64,000 bases of DNA from assembly GCA_051362555.1 (NCBI GenBank), contig CM120647.1, positions 6,448,001 to 6,512,000 on the forward strand, read 5' to 3'. Below are positions 52,180-64,000 of this stretch, piece after piece. The notes below the pieces were generated by a model. It did not search any database, had not been told where the DNA came from, and was given only the letters and a program-made list of their open reading frames with translations. The translations under genes and the position numbers were made by a program. Each line of letters begins with the position of its first letter. The first letter of the stretch is position 1. The stretch is from Lingula anatina (lineage: Eukaryota; Animalia; Brachiopoda).

Positions 52180-53692
52180 TTAGTGAACATCTTGTCGCAC
52201 AAACGTAAGATCTTGGCCGATAGGCTGCACTTCTTTATACATCCCGGTTCGAGTAAATACCCCTCTAATATCTCTTAAAGCCTGACTGTAGTTCTTTGTG
52301 AGTTCATGAACTTCGACTGTCCATATATCGACCGTTATTTTATCCCACGGGAAAGCTTGGAGAACCTCCAGCTCAACCCCCTCCACGTCTAGAGAAAAGT
52401 AGTCTACGTGTGTCCGACCAATGGTGCTTAAAAGCAACTGAATCGGTAGGCAAAGTAGCCTGGTCTTTCCTACAACATTTATTCTGCTGTCTATTGGGTT
52501 AATCGCCCCACTATCTGGACTGCTGGATAACGTAAAGTCCAGCCACATAGGTTTACTCGTGAGGCAAGTCTGGACCACAAATGCCTTCCTGAAATGATAA
52601 GAATTGTACCTTGAAAGAGAGAGTATGTACTAGCGTTTTCAGCCTCCAGTCATAAATTCCTGAAATGGTCGTACTTTGAAAGACAAAGTTTATGCTAGCA
52701 ATTTTGGTCTCAGGTTATAAATTCCTAAAATGACGTTTCAATGCACTTAAAAATCAAATTATATACTAGAGCATTTAGTCTGTGGTCATGAATTTGCCTC
52801 CACAAGTTCGCATCAATTAATTTTTGGTCTTTTAGAAGTTTGTGTGATTCAGATTGTCAAAGCCTTGCATTTTTAGAGAAAACAAACACCGGGCACTGAC
52901 ACAGATTTTTAACTAAAACTCTATGGGGATCGTCAGGTACAGTATATCCCAAAGTTTTTATTGCAAAGGATTTGGCTTGGAAAAGAGTGGCGTCAGATAT
53001 AATGGTAACCAAGTAATATCTTACTGTTATCAATTCAGCCATTTTTACTAAGAAGGCACTGGGTAAAAAAACAGTTCCTTATTGTAACATTTATCTGTAA
53101 GGAATAACATTTCATAAGTACCACATTTAGAGACAAGCACACTAACCGAAGAATTAATACGCATATGTAATACCAGAAGAACGTAAGAGTTTACCTGTGC
53201 AACCATAGAAAGTACATACCTGTTTTTCATGACAAGTTGCTCAAAATTTTGGGGGTCGGGTTCTATCAGTATTCCGGTCCAGTTGCGAGATTTTTCAAAA
53301 AATAAAGAGTTGCTGGTCATTTCTCCGTCCCAAGCACCGGCCTCCACAAAGAAACCGTTCCGACGCTGGTGCAGAAATGTATCTACAACTTTACTTTGTC
53401 CGCTATGAGAATAATCCAGTGTGTTCGGTCTCTCAAGCTTCCGAGGCCTCCTAGAAGGTGCATAGAGCAGTCTGCGCCTCACAAACTCTAGTAGCCTGGG
53501 ATCAAGCGCGTCAAGCTCTCTCGAGAAAATATCTTGAAGAACTTCGATGTCTGTACTGCTTCTTTCATTCATTTCTAATGTAGAGGAAGGTCCACCACTG
53601 TGGGCGATTGTTTTGACGTAAAACCCCACCATTGTAAACACAGTTAGTATGATGATAGTACACGCCAGTGGGAAATATCTTTTGTAATGCAT
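52180..53692 (-). CDS. FkbM/Star-like methyltransferase copy D, 293 aa (exons 53692-53220, 52588-52180)
   Basis: Same structure; SLDVEGVEL variant; 5'UTR donor at 56073. Confidence 0.92.
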
Positions 53693-53870
53693 TTTTTTCT
53701 ACAAAAACAGAAAAAATACATATAAAAAAGTATAGATATTAATTTTAAGAACAAAAACATGCATAAAAATAGAAAAAGAAAAAAAAAGAAAATTTATGTA
53801 CATAAATGAAACATTAATTGGAATTATATGCTTGAGCTATTGCGTTTAAATTCGATCGTAATTAACGTCA

Positions 53871-53928
<58 letters not shown>

Positions 53929-54058
53929 CAAATGAATGTTTTATCAAAAGAGAGATTCCAGTTTGTTATTTGTTAAATTATCCAAGTTTTTGTTATTCAT
54001 ATTTTGTTGTCACCGGAGGCAGTAGAAGAGTTTCCTTTGGCTTATATATATATATCTA

Positions 54059-55692
54059 CAGACTTGACATTTAATATGGAATATTTTTTTCCAAATAATT
54101 TTTAATCATGTTTTTCCTATTTTGCAGACTGATAAATGAAAATAAGGATTAAAATCGTGTGTTAATAACTTTTAATTATCTCTTTGATGTCATTGTGACA
54201 TCATTTCATTAATGGAATTCGCCAGAGAAGGAAACAAAAGCACATTGCCTATTCTATGTCATACGACAACCATTAAAAGGGATATTTTGGACCTCCATAT
54301 ATTCCAAATTATTGTCTGTAAAAGAGTTAAACGCTCCACAAAGGACCCCCATGTCAATGTCTAGTCACAGTAACGGTCGCTGTTACGCCTGACTTCTTCT
54401 GGCTGCTACCAGCGCTCTCAAATGGCAAGGCATTCAATGGGATAGGTTTTTAAAGTTCAATCTGGAATAACATTTCAGGCATCGGTCAAAATCTGCCCAA
54501 TTTGGTCTAGTTTTGTTGTAGGACATGTAGGCCATTGATTCGGAGAGTAATGGCCTACCCACATATTGTCTATATGGTTCAAATATGGCGACATTGATGA
54601 CCAAGGTAGCTGCTCATTCCCCTGGTTCTGTAAGTACATGCTATTAAAAGTGCTCTTTGTGAACCGGTAATCTCACCGTGCAACCTAAAATTGTTCCTAA
54701 GTTGTCCCCTATCAAATGATAGCCAAGTGGTTCCCAGTTATTTCTTTATTTGATCTGGTTCAGGTTTTCGTCGATGACTACCATTGGTGTTTTGGCACCA
54801 ATGTGGTATCCACTCCAAATACTGACGCTGTTAATGACCTTTGTCACTTTAGACGCGGCACACGCTTCGTTGTTGGCCTCTTCTGGATGTCTGTAAACCC
54901 TTTTTTGTCTGTTGAGCGGTACAGGTGAAGTCTGACCTCAATAAAGAAAGCCACGAGATTTCAGTGTTCAACCCAGAAACAGTCAAGGTCCCTAATTCAG
55001 TGGGTGTCTCGGAGGTCGTCTGGTATTCTAACCTGCTAAAACCAGTTTGGTGTTCGCCAAGGGCCTTGAAAAATGCGTTTTGGTGGTTATTTACCCCTCA
55101 TTCTGAACGGACTTGGTGGTTTTTGTTTAGTTGCAACAGCATATCCCGAAGGACAGTGGATCCTGTACCATGGTGGTAAGATTTCAATACATTGGGTGTG
55201 GCCTCTGTGTAGGTACATCAGTCTGGGCATTACTCTGTAAAACTGTGCGGACCGTTTCGTTTGGCGCAATTACCTGTCTGGCAATGCCTGTGTTTTTCGC
55301 GCCATTCTGCCACAGATTAACAAATTTGTAAAGCACTGCATAGCTCATTTTACACGCTGCACACCCGACCACGTGCATGCAAAATTTCAAATCCATCTAT
55401 GCTGTAGTTGCCGACATATTGATACTTTTTTGACAGAACCATGCTTTGCCAAAGCAAAGCTTTGACCTGCCCAAAGGAGCACTACCCAATTAAAGCACTG
55501 CATATTACATAATGCAGCAGCGCAACAAACCTGGTAATCAGTTAATTGGTAGCGACACACCTGACTACACACTTCTCCATTCACATATCTTATATGAGCT
55601 CGGAGTTTGTGGAAAAAAAAAAAAACAACGCATTTTCACCTAGGCATACATTAATTCGAAACTGAAATATTCCATATTAAATGTCAAGTCTG
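54059..55692 (-). mobile_element. Degenerate Tc1/mariner transposon, 1634 bp, in the first intron of copy D
   Basis: TA|CAGACTTGACATTTAATATGGAATATTT .. AAATATTCCATATTAAATGTCAAGTCTG|TA (28-bp perfect TIR). Minus-strand remnant VNLWQNGAKNTGIARQV..ETVRTVLQ (HTH-like) with stops and frameshifts. Absent from copies B and E. Confidence 0.85.
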
Positions 55693-55743
<51 letters not shown>

Positions 55744-58700
55744 GTGCACATAAACTCGAGCAATAACGTCCACTGGTTTGGTAGTAGACACATACATAAT
55801 AATTATGAAACACAAGCTGGAAATTCAGAAATGATTTCATACCTTTAGCTGGCCACTTCACTACCTAACGGTAAGTTAGTAACAACATCCACTTACATCA
55901 GTCTGATGAAGACCTACGTCCATTTAAGCGTTAAGCTAGTCATATGAAAACATTTCAGGTTGTGTTTTATGATAACCATATACGCAGTAAGTGTCGAGTA
56001 TTCGATTATTTGTCTTACATTCTTTAATGTAGATACAAGACTTTAAAAAGTAAATGAATCTGATTATACTTACCGCTGGGTCTTGCAGTCGGTGCACTAC
56101 ATATTGTGCAACAGCAGTGCAACTGCAGCGTTTAAATATGACATGCATGATTTATAAATGATTACATCATAAAATATAAAGCCGTCTTCATGTTGAAAAT
56201 GCGGTTTTCTAGATCGTATTTCAAGATGATGGCGGATGTCTGGAGTTTGGTGCTTTATTGTAAAAAAATCATCCATGAAACCATCGTTTATATCAACATG
56301 CGTTCGACTTTGAATATCCTTTTTGTGTCACTGATTTGATCTCTGTCAAAAAGACGCACATGCTGGTGTGTTAACTTTAGATTGAATACGATGTTTTTAT
56401 AACACGATTATATAATGATGGAATACTTTTGAAGATATTGTGGAGACCGGGGCTGGTTGGACCCCGGGGTAAGTCCCCCCCCCGAATAAATTTATGAAAA
56501 AGTAACAACGGGATGAAAAAAAATTGATCACATCATTTTGTAAAGTGACGGTATCCAATAATTCTAAGAAAGCTTCGGTCGTAAAAAAGTATTATTTAAG
56601 CGGTGAGTCCAAATGAAAGATTTGTACATCTTAAACTTTATTTAAGAGATTTTAAAATCTATTTTGATAGGCTTTAGGTCAATTGTGGTATATTCATAGG
56701 ACATCAAATTGTTTCAAGTTTCACAGAAATGCATCAGCGTTGTTCATTTTAGTACCAAAATGGTTGCAATCCTTCAAAAAATGTTGCCCCCCTTGACTTG
56801 GGCAAGTTGGACCCTCATATAGACCACAATCCTTTGCGCGCAACAGAGCTACATACCATTGTTAAAACAAATATGCATATGAAGTCAGTTTTTTTTGCCA
56901 CAGAAACATACCAAATGCCAGCATATAGTTTCAAATAGTCCAACTAAGAGTATTACCAAACGACATTGTTTAATATTACCGAAGAATGATATTTGAATGC
57001 TAGCTGTCTAAACTGTATATACATGGGGCAGATACAGTAGTAGGTCACATAAGTAGGTTAAATTTCTGACCAAATATTTAAAGAAAGAGGCAGTCTAAGG
57101 CTCTTTTATGGCTGATCAAGTGATTCATTCAGTTTATCCCTTGGCATGTCGACTTTATTTGAGTGGTATAAGAAACTAGTGGAAGTGGTTTATATGTGTT
57201 ACTAGGAATCCATACCCTACCGATGCTCGGTTGAAATGTACTTTTAAGACTGAATTTCTTAGTTTCTTTTAGAACAAAAGTATTATTCGTTTTTCATTCA
57301 TTAAAATACTGCTTCATATCATTATTAGTTAATTCTTAATTAAAAAAAAAAACAAGTTTAATTAATAGATATTTTGCTTTTTGCAACGCCTACAACGTAA
57401 GGTACAAAAACCTCAATATATCTGCCTCATTTGAACTACTTATTCACCAAAGACTCTCAAAAAATCAATCTATTAAAATAAAAATGTGTAAAATTGTATT
57501 TAGGATACTTACTGCATTTTCGTATAGGGTGCCAACTTGCCCCGACCCTGGGGCCATTCATGTTTTTTTTTTAAAGAATAATTGATAAATCTGAGTAGGG
57601 CAATCACTAATAAATGATTTGCAAACTCACTGAATATTGCTCAGTTAAACCCCCTTTACACTGGACAGCGTCCTTTCTGCGTACCTTGTACGACCATGAA
57701 ACTGGCATATTTGTGGTAGTAAAAAGGAGGCACAAGCATCGCTTTTGTAGCAAAATGAATGCTCAATGATCGTCCGGTTTCGGCAAGTGAACTATTATTG
57801 TTTTTTTACTCCAAAAGAGGGACGCAGAAAGGACGTCGTCCAGTGTAAAGGGGGCTTTAGCGATGAGAGCTGTATGCCCTGTGTGACAAGGCTATAAGCA
57901 GAGTATATATATATATATATAGGGAGGTCTTCAGGGAATAAGTCGGCGCCGCTTTTAAGTGAGTCGACCATATTTAGTCCGCGGATCTGTATTTAGTCCG
58001 AGGATCAACATATTCTTAATGCCCTCAAATTTCTAAAAAAATTGACGTTATCGTTCACATTTCCTCGCGGAGGCCCTCGAACTGTGTATGGCGGCGACAC
58101 AATAGGTCACGATAATTAAGCTGGGCATGCAGCTGAAGAGGAATTGTTTATACCGGTGTAACAGGAATGGAAGTCCGCTAGGAACCGCGGTCCGCTTCCA
58201 ATTACTTTGTACAGGTAAGAGTTATCCTAAATACTAGCCCTAGTACCCCAGCTTACCCTAACCAAGGAGTTACATCTGTTGTAACTCCTTGCCCTAATAT
58301 GTACTAATCATATGGGAGCCCGGACTTCCGTTCCTAGGACTACCACACTACTCACACCGGAATTATGCATCTCTGCAATAGTTAAACGTCTCACAATCAT
58401 GGCCGTCACACCTAACACAATTACAAATCTGAAATGACGGGGAGGCCCCTGACATCAGAGGATACAGTTCATCCCCAGTTTTTAAAAGGTAAAATATTTC
58501 TGAACGGGCTCACCCCCTTTTATCTATTCTTTATTGTTGACAACAATAGATCTTAATTTAGTAAATAAACACTTAATTATCCACGCAGTTCAAAGGTCTT
58601 CTAGAAATTTCCAATTTTATTGATCGGCATATTGAATGTTGGACCAAACTGCAATCAGCCATCTTCTCTAAAATAAACTACACCAAGTTGTAGGGGTAAT

Positions 58701-58822
58701 GTTACTACCGTTTTATATATTCCACTCATATACAGGTGCATAACAGGATGTAAGTTAAGTCTAAGTGCAGGCAAAAACCACATAAAATGGGGATTCTATG
58801 AAGTGTATATAATTGATTAAAT

Positions 58823-58989
58823 CAGGGGCGGATCCAGAGATATTTTCTGACAGGCTTCCAAATTATCTTCATTGATCGGCCCTCAATTTTTGATCGTCTT
58901 CCGACAAAAAAATTAGATACCCGTCAATGTAAACTTGAAAATCTGACCGTCTTCCGGAAGACCCAGAAGACGGCCTAAATCCGCCCCTG
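58823..58989. mobile_element. CAGGGGCGGAT MITE with 5-bp TSD TAAAT
   Basis: TAAAT|CAGGGG..CCCCTG|TAAAT. Confidence 0.9.
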
Positions 58990-59099
58990 TAAATGAACGG
59001 AATTTCTCTATATATTTATAATTAAAGATATATACTGGTATAATATCAGATCTCAGTAAGTACCCCAACGTAAAATCAATTTACACAGTGTTCTATTTA

Positions 59100-61113
59100 A
59101 GCTACTCTTACAACCGGTCGTGCGTGCTCGACTGCGTGCAAAAAATTGGCCAAGTAGTAAGATACACGCACGTGGAACGTACTGTTTTTGGTGGACGCAA
59201 ACTCGACGCAAAGCACGCAGCCCGAAAACTGGCCGGCCAGTTTTTCGCTACGACCTGTCTGCGACAATTAGAACGCCTGGAGCACGCTCGTAGCACGCAA
59301 GACAAAAGTACTGGGTAAGTGCGCTAGGCGTGCGTGTAACGCAGGAAAAGCATGCAGTGATTCCGGGGTATTTTACCACGAAGACGTACTTACCACGCAA
59401 GAGACTCGTACGTTCAACTTGCTTTCAGTGTACGTGTTAACGAAAAGGGGGGGGGGAGCGCACTTCCTCCGTGCGTTTATCTCATTTCCAAAGTGCGTGG
59501 CGAGTACTACTACCATACTTGTGAAGTGCGTCACACTAAGACGACGCACGTGCCCAGCACGATAAAAGTGCAGGCGATCCCCAGCAACCACTGCAAGCAT
59601 TGCGTCACGATCTTCGGCCTCCTCTAGCATTAACAGCTGTAGAAGTCGATGGCGCATCCTTCTTGGAAGTGCCATTTTGGAAGCCAAAGCAGTGAATGAT
59701 GAAGAGACTCGGTGCTCCCTTTTATATTATTTTGATTATCCGTGCGTTCCACTTCCGTGCTTATTAGGCCACACTTTTTTATTTTTATGGATGACATCCT
59801 CTGGGGACCCCAAAATCGGTGCGAGCGGGCGAAAAAAAAAAAAAAAAAAAAAAAAAACTGCTTAAGAAAAGTTATGTTTTCAGTACACAGCTGGAAACAC
59901 TTATTTACCACAGAAACACGTATCAGACTAACAATATGTCTTTATCCATGCTCTCAAAATATTAAAGCATTGTGAATAGGGCCTACTTCGTAGAAAGGTA
60001 AAAAGTCATGAATATATATGTTGCATATTACCAAATCTATTTAAGGTTATTTCATGCATTCTGTTGGTATAACAATCAATAAAACAAATATCGAATAAAC
60101 AGCGTGTCTTTATTTGTACTCTCAGAAAATTAAAGCATTGTAAACACTTCACAGAATTGTTAAAAAAAATGAAGCAAAGATAGGCCTATGCTTCCTACTT
60201 CCAAATCTAAAAAGGTAATTTCGGTCGATGCCATTTGTCTACTTCGACTCACACGTAGCAGCCAACTATCGGGTGGCCCGTCCGACCTTCAGTCCACCAA
60301 ATACCACGACGCTCTTGTCGACCCTTTTTTCGCTACAAAAAAACCTGGTATGTGCTGCTTTGGACAGAATGTCACTGAAATTTTCCTGGCGATGATCGTA
60401 TAATTGTAAAAGGGTGATATCTCCATGTCCAATATCAATGGCAAACCAATCCAAAACGACGGCCCCCGTTCTCTTTATGACTTTAATTGTCGTGTATTTT
60501 GAAATTATTGCTAGAGATGGTGATAATACGCATGCGCAGAAAGCTCATTTTCCACACTCGGAACTACTTGGATGTCTCCGCAGTCGACAATGACAGTATG
60601 GAGCTTGCGGATTTAGCCGAGGATTGCCGATTGCATTTTCCGGCAAATTCAATAACCACGTTTGTGACAACCGACTTCCTTGGGGGGAAGGGGGGGGGGG
60701 ATTATTTTATTATTATTTTTTTTTTTTGAGAATGGACGAAAATCAGTGCGCGCGCAGGATGTGATCCATAAAAATAAAAAAGTGTGGCCTTACGTTTCTC
60801 TTACGTTTCTCTTACTTCGTAAGTACGATTTCTGAAAACGTACGCTTCACTTGCAATACACGTGTGATTATTTCACTCACTGTGTGCGACACAAGTACAG
60901 ATCGTACGTGCTCCTTACTTCTTCCTACTTCCAAAAAAAAAGGCGTACAGACCACTTGCGGGCCCCACGTTTAGAGCACGACACACCTACTCATAAAGTA
61001 CTTACTACTTCGTCCGCTGCGATTTAATTTTCATCCTGCGACAACGCTACGTCTGACAAGAGCTCTGAGGACGCACGATCTCTAAGCACGCACGACGGGT
61101 TGTAAGAGAGGCT
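59100..61113. mobile_element. 2.0-kb PIF/Harbinger-like deletion derivative inserted 32 bp past the copy E stop codon
   Basis: TTA TSD; TIR AGCTACTCTTACAACCGGTCGTGCGTGCT / rc AGCCTCTCTTACAACCCGTCGTGCGTGCT; GC-richer interior with ORF remnant MALPRRMRHRLLQLLMLEEAEDRD (59675, minus). Confidence 0.8.
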
Positions 61114-61145
61114 TTAGATACTTGTAGTTCATATAATAATGCTAT

Positions 61146-62649
61146 TTAGAGGAGTATGTCTTGGCGCACAAACAGTAGATCTTGTCCTCGTGGTTGCACT
61201 TCTTTATACATTCCTGTTCGCCGAAATAACCCTCTAATATCTTTTAAAGCCTGACGGTAGTTCTTTGTGAGTTTATGAACTTCGACTGTCCACATATCGA
61301 CCGTTATTTTATCCCACGGGAAAGCTTTGAGAACCTCCAGCTCAACCCCCTCCACATCAAGGGAAAAGAAATCCACGTGTGTCTGTCCAATGGTGCTTAA
61401 AAGTGTCTGGATCGGTAGGCAAAGTAGCCTGCTCTTTCCTGTTACTTTTATTCTTTTGTCTATCGGGTTGATCGCCCCACTATCTGGGCTTCTGGACAAA
61501 GTAAAATCCAGCCACATGGGTTTACCCGTGAGACAAGTTTGGACCACAAAAGCCTTCCTGAAATGATAAGAATTGAACCTTGAAAGAGAGAGTATGTACT
61601 AGCGTTTTCAGCCTCAAGCCATAATTTTTTTGAAATGATGGTACTTTGAAAGACAAAGTTTATACTAGCAATTTTGGTCTTAGGTTATAAATTCCTGAAA
61701 TGACATTTCAATGTACCTTAAAAGCCAAATTATATACTAGAGCAATTAGTCTGTGGTCATAAATTTGTCTCCACAACTTCGCATCAATTAATTTTTGGAC
61801 TTTTAGAAGTTTGTGTGATTCTGATTGTCAAAGCCTTGCATTTTTAGAGAAAACAAACACCGGGCACTGACACAGATTTTTAACTAAAACTCTATGGGGA
61901 TCGTCAGGTACAGTATATCCCAAAGTTTTTATTCCAAAGGATTTGGCTTGGAAAAGAGTGGCGTCAGATATAATGGTTACCAGGTAATATCTTACTGTTA
62001 TCAATTCAGTCATCTTTATTAAGAAGGCATGGGGTAAAAAGCAGTTCCTTATTGTAACATTTATCTGTAAGGAATAACATTTCATAAGTACCACATTTAG
62101 AGACAAGGAATTAATACGCATATGTAATACCAGAAGAACGTAAGAGTTTACCTGTGCAACCATAGAAAGTACCTACCTGTTTTTCATGACAAGTTGCTCA
62201 AAATTTTGGGGGTCGGGTTCTATCAGTATTCCGGTCCAGTTGCGAGCTTTTTAAAAAAATAAAGAGTTGCTGGTCACTTCTCCGTCCCAAGCACCGGCCT
62301 CCACAAAGAAACCGTTCCGACGCTGGTGCAGAAATGTATCTACAACTTTACTTTGTCCGCTATGAGAATAATCCAGTGTGTTCGGTCTCTTAAGATTCCG
62401 AGGCCTCCTAGAAGGTGCATAGAGCAGTTTGCGCCTCACAAACTCTAGTAGCCTGGGATCAAGCGCGTCAAGCTCTCTCAAGAAAATATCTTGAAGAACC
62501 TCGATGTCTGTACTGCTTCTCTCATTCATTTCTATTGTAGAGGAAGGTGCACCACTGTGGGCGATTTTTTTGACGTAAAACCCCACCATTGCAAACACAG
62601 TTAGTATGATTATTGTACACACCAGTGGTAAATATCCTTTGTAATGCAT
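61146..62649 (-). pseudogene. FkbM/Star-like methyltransferase copy E with an in-frame nonsense codon (exons 62649-62177, 61557-61146)
   Basis: GAA (Glu of SLFFEK) is TAA at 62253-62251; frame and splice sites are otherwise intact; 5'UTR donor at 63752. Confidence 0.82.
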
Positions 62650-62865
62650 TTTTTTCTCTACAAAAACAGAAAAATTACATATAAAAAAGTATAGATATTA
62701 ATTTTAAGAACAAAAAATAAATAAATAAATAAATAAATAAATTAAAAAAAATAGAAAAATAAAAAAAGAAAATTTATGTTCATAAAGGAAACATTAATTG
62801 GAATTACATGTTGAGCTATTGCATTTAAATTCGATCATAATTAACGTCAACAATCTCTCTCTCTC

Positions 62866-62920
<55 letters not shown>

Positions 62921-62989
62921 GAATGCTTTATTAAAAAAGAGATTCCAGTTTGTTATTTGTTAAATTTACAAAGTTATTCATTTTTTATG

Positions 62990-63024
<35 letters not shown>

Positions 63025-63295
63025 CGTGCACATAAACTCGAGCAATAATGTTCATTGGTTTGGTAGTGGACACATATATAATAATTCAGAAATGATTTCA
63101 TACCTTTAGCTGGCCACTATACTACCTAACGGTAAGTTAGTAACAACATACATCCACTAAAATCAGTCTGATAAAGGCCTACGTCCATTTAAGCATTTAG
63201 CTAGCGTTATGAATTAAAGCATTTCGGGTTGTGTTTTATAATTACCATATACGCAGTAAGTGTCGAGTATTCGATTATTTGTCTTACATTCTTTA

Positions 63296-63703
63296 ATTCA
63301 ATTCAATTCAATTCAATTTATTTCTGTACTGGTACATAGATTGTCATGACCTTGTACAATATGATGTACTAATGACGATATAATACAATTGGTGCATTAC
63401 CATTTCTCTAGTTGGTATTATGTTGCCTAGCCGTTTGTGAATGAAAAAAATAATCTTTATATAATGAACATATGTACTAGTATAATTCCTCTTAAAATAT
63501 TCTACCTAAGCAGTGAAATGAACCTTGGTGTGATTATAAATTTACCATAAACATACTATATACATATGGGTACAAGCATATGTTACACAAAAGGATATGT
63601 TCAAACTTAAAGGGAGGGAGAACTACAGTTACATAGCTGTTTACATGGCTGTTTAAAATCAGTTTGACGACATAGATAATTACAATAAATGGCAATGACA
63701 ATT
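63296..63703 (-). mobile_element. LINE-like 3' end with (TTGAA)n tail in the copy E first intron
   Basis: Insertion relative to copies B and D at CTTTAATGTAGATACA; minus strand ends AATAAATTGAATTGAATTGAATTGAA. Confidence 0.65.
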
Positions 63704-63957
63704 TAGTGTAGATACAAGACTTTAAAAAGTAAATGAATCTGATCATACTTACCGCTGGGTCTTGCAGTCGGTGCACTACAAATTAGGCAACAGCAATACA
63801 ACTGCAGCGTTGAAATATGACATGCAGCGTTTAAATATAACATGCATTATAAATGATTACTTCATGAACTATAAAGCCGTCTTCATATTGAAAATGTGGT
63901 TTTGTAAATCGTATTTCAAGATGAAGGCGGATGTCTTGAGATTGGTGCTTTATTGTT

Positions 63958-64000
63958 AACTAGAAAAGCACTCAGAGAGCGCAGACCTCCGCCAAGGCAG
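63958..64000 (+). mobile_element. Start of an interspersed repeat (Helentron/HINE-like end), truncated by the window edge
   Basis: Paralog similarity stops abruptly at AACTAGAAAAGCACTCAGAGAGCGCAGACCTCCGCCAAGG; class assigned from memory only. Confidence 0.4.

Noticed and set aside
62251-62253. Programmed read-through or selenocysteine at the copy E stop
   Set aside because: The codon is TAA replacing a conserved Glu, with no supporting context.
34384-62649. Recent bacterial horizontal transfer of FkbM genes
   Set aside because: The genes have spliceosomal introns, a TM anchor and Star-like motifs widespread in invertebrates; nothing here indicates recent HGT.

Overview
AT-rich, intron-containing metazoan genomic DNA, probably a lophotrochozoan/mollusc-like invertebrate (inferred from gene content and repeat style, not proven). 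Left part: the 5' exons of ADRM1/Rpn13 (minus) lie head-to-head with a complete 10-exon ABHD1/3-type hydrolase (plus). Next come a C2orf50/CIMIP5-like ciliary gene, two tRNA-Asp(GTC) genes and an uncharacterised ~440-aa coiled-coil/disordered gene associated with RFX X-boxes. Right part (34-64 kb): a tandem array of five type II membrane FkbM/Star-like SAM-dependent methyltransferase genes. Four are intact and one has a nonsense codon; they are mosaics of one another and differ by many TE insertions. The window is dense in non-autonomous DNA elements (Harbinger-like with TAA TSD, a CAG-terminal family with 5-bp TSD, Kolobok-like with TTAA TSD, a Tc1 relic, a foldback, and 29-35 bp hairpin micro-insertions with 7-bp TSDs), plus LINE 3' ends and microsatellites. 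All exon models and alignments were read by eye; no searches were run.
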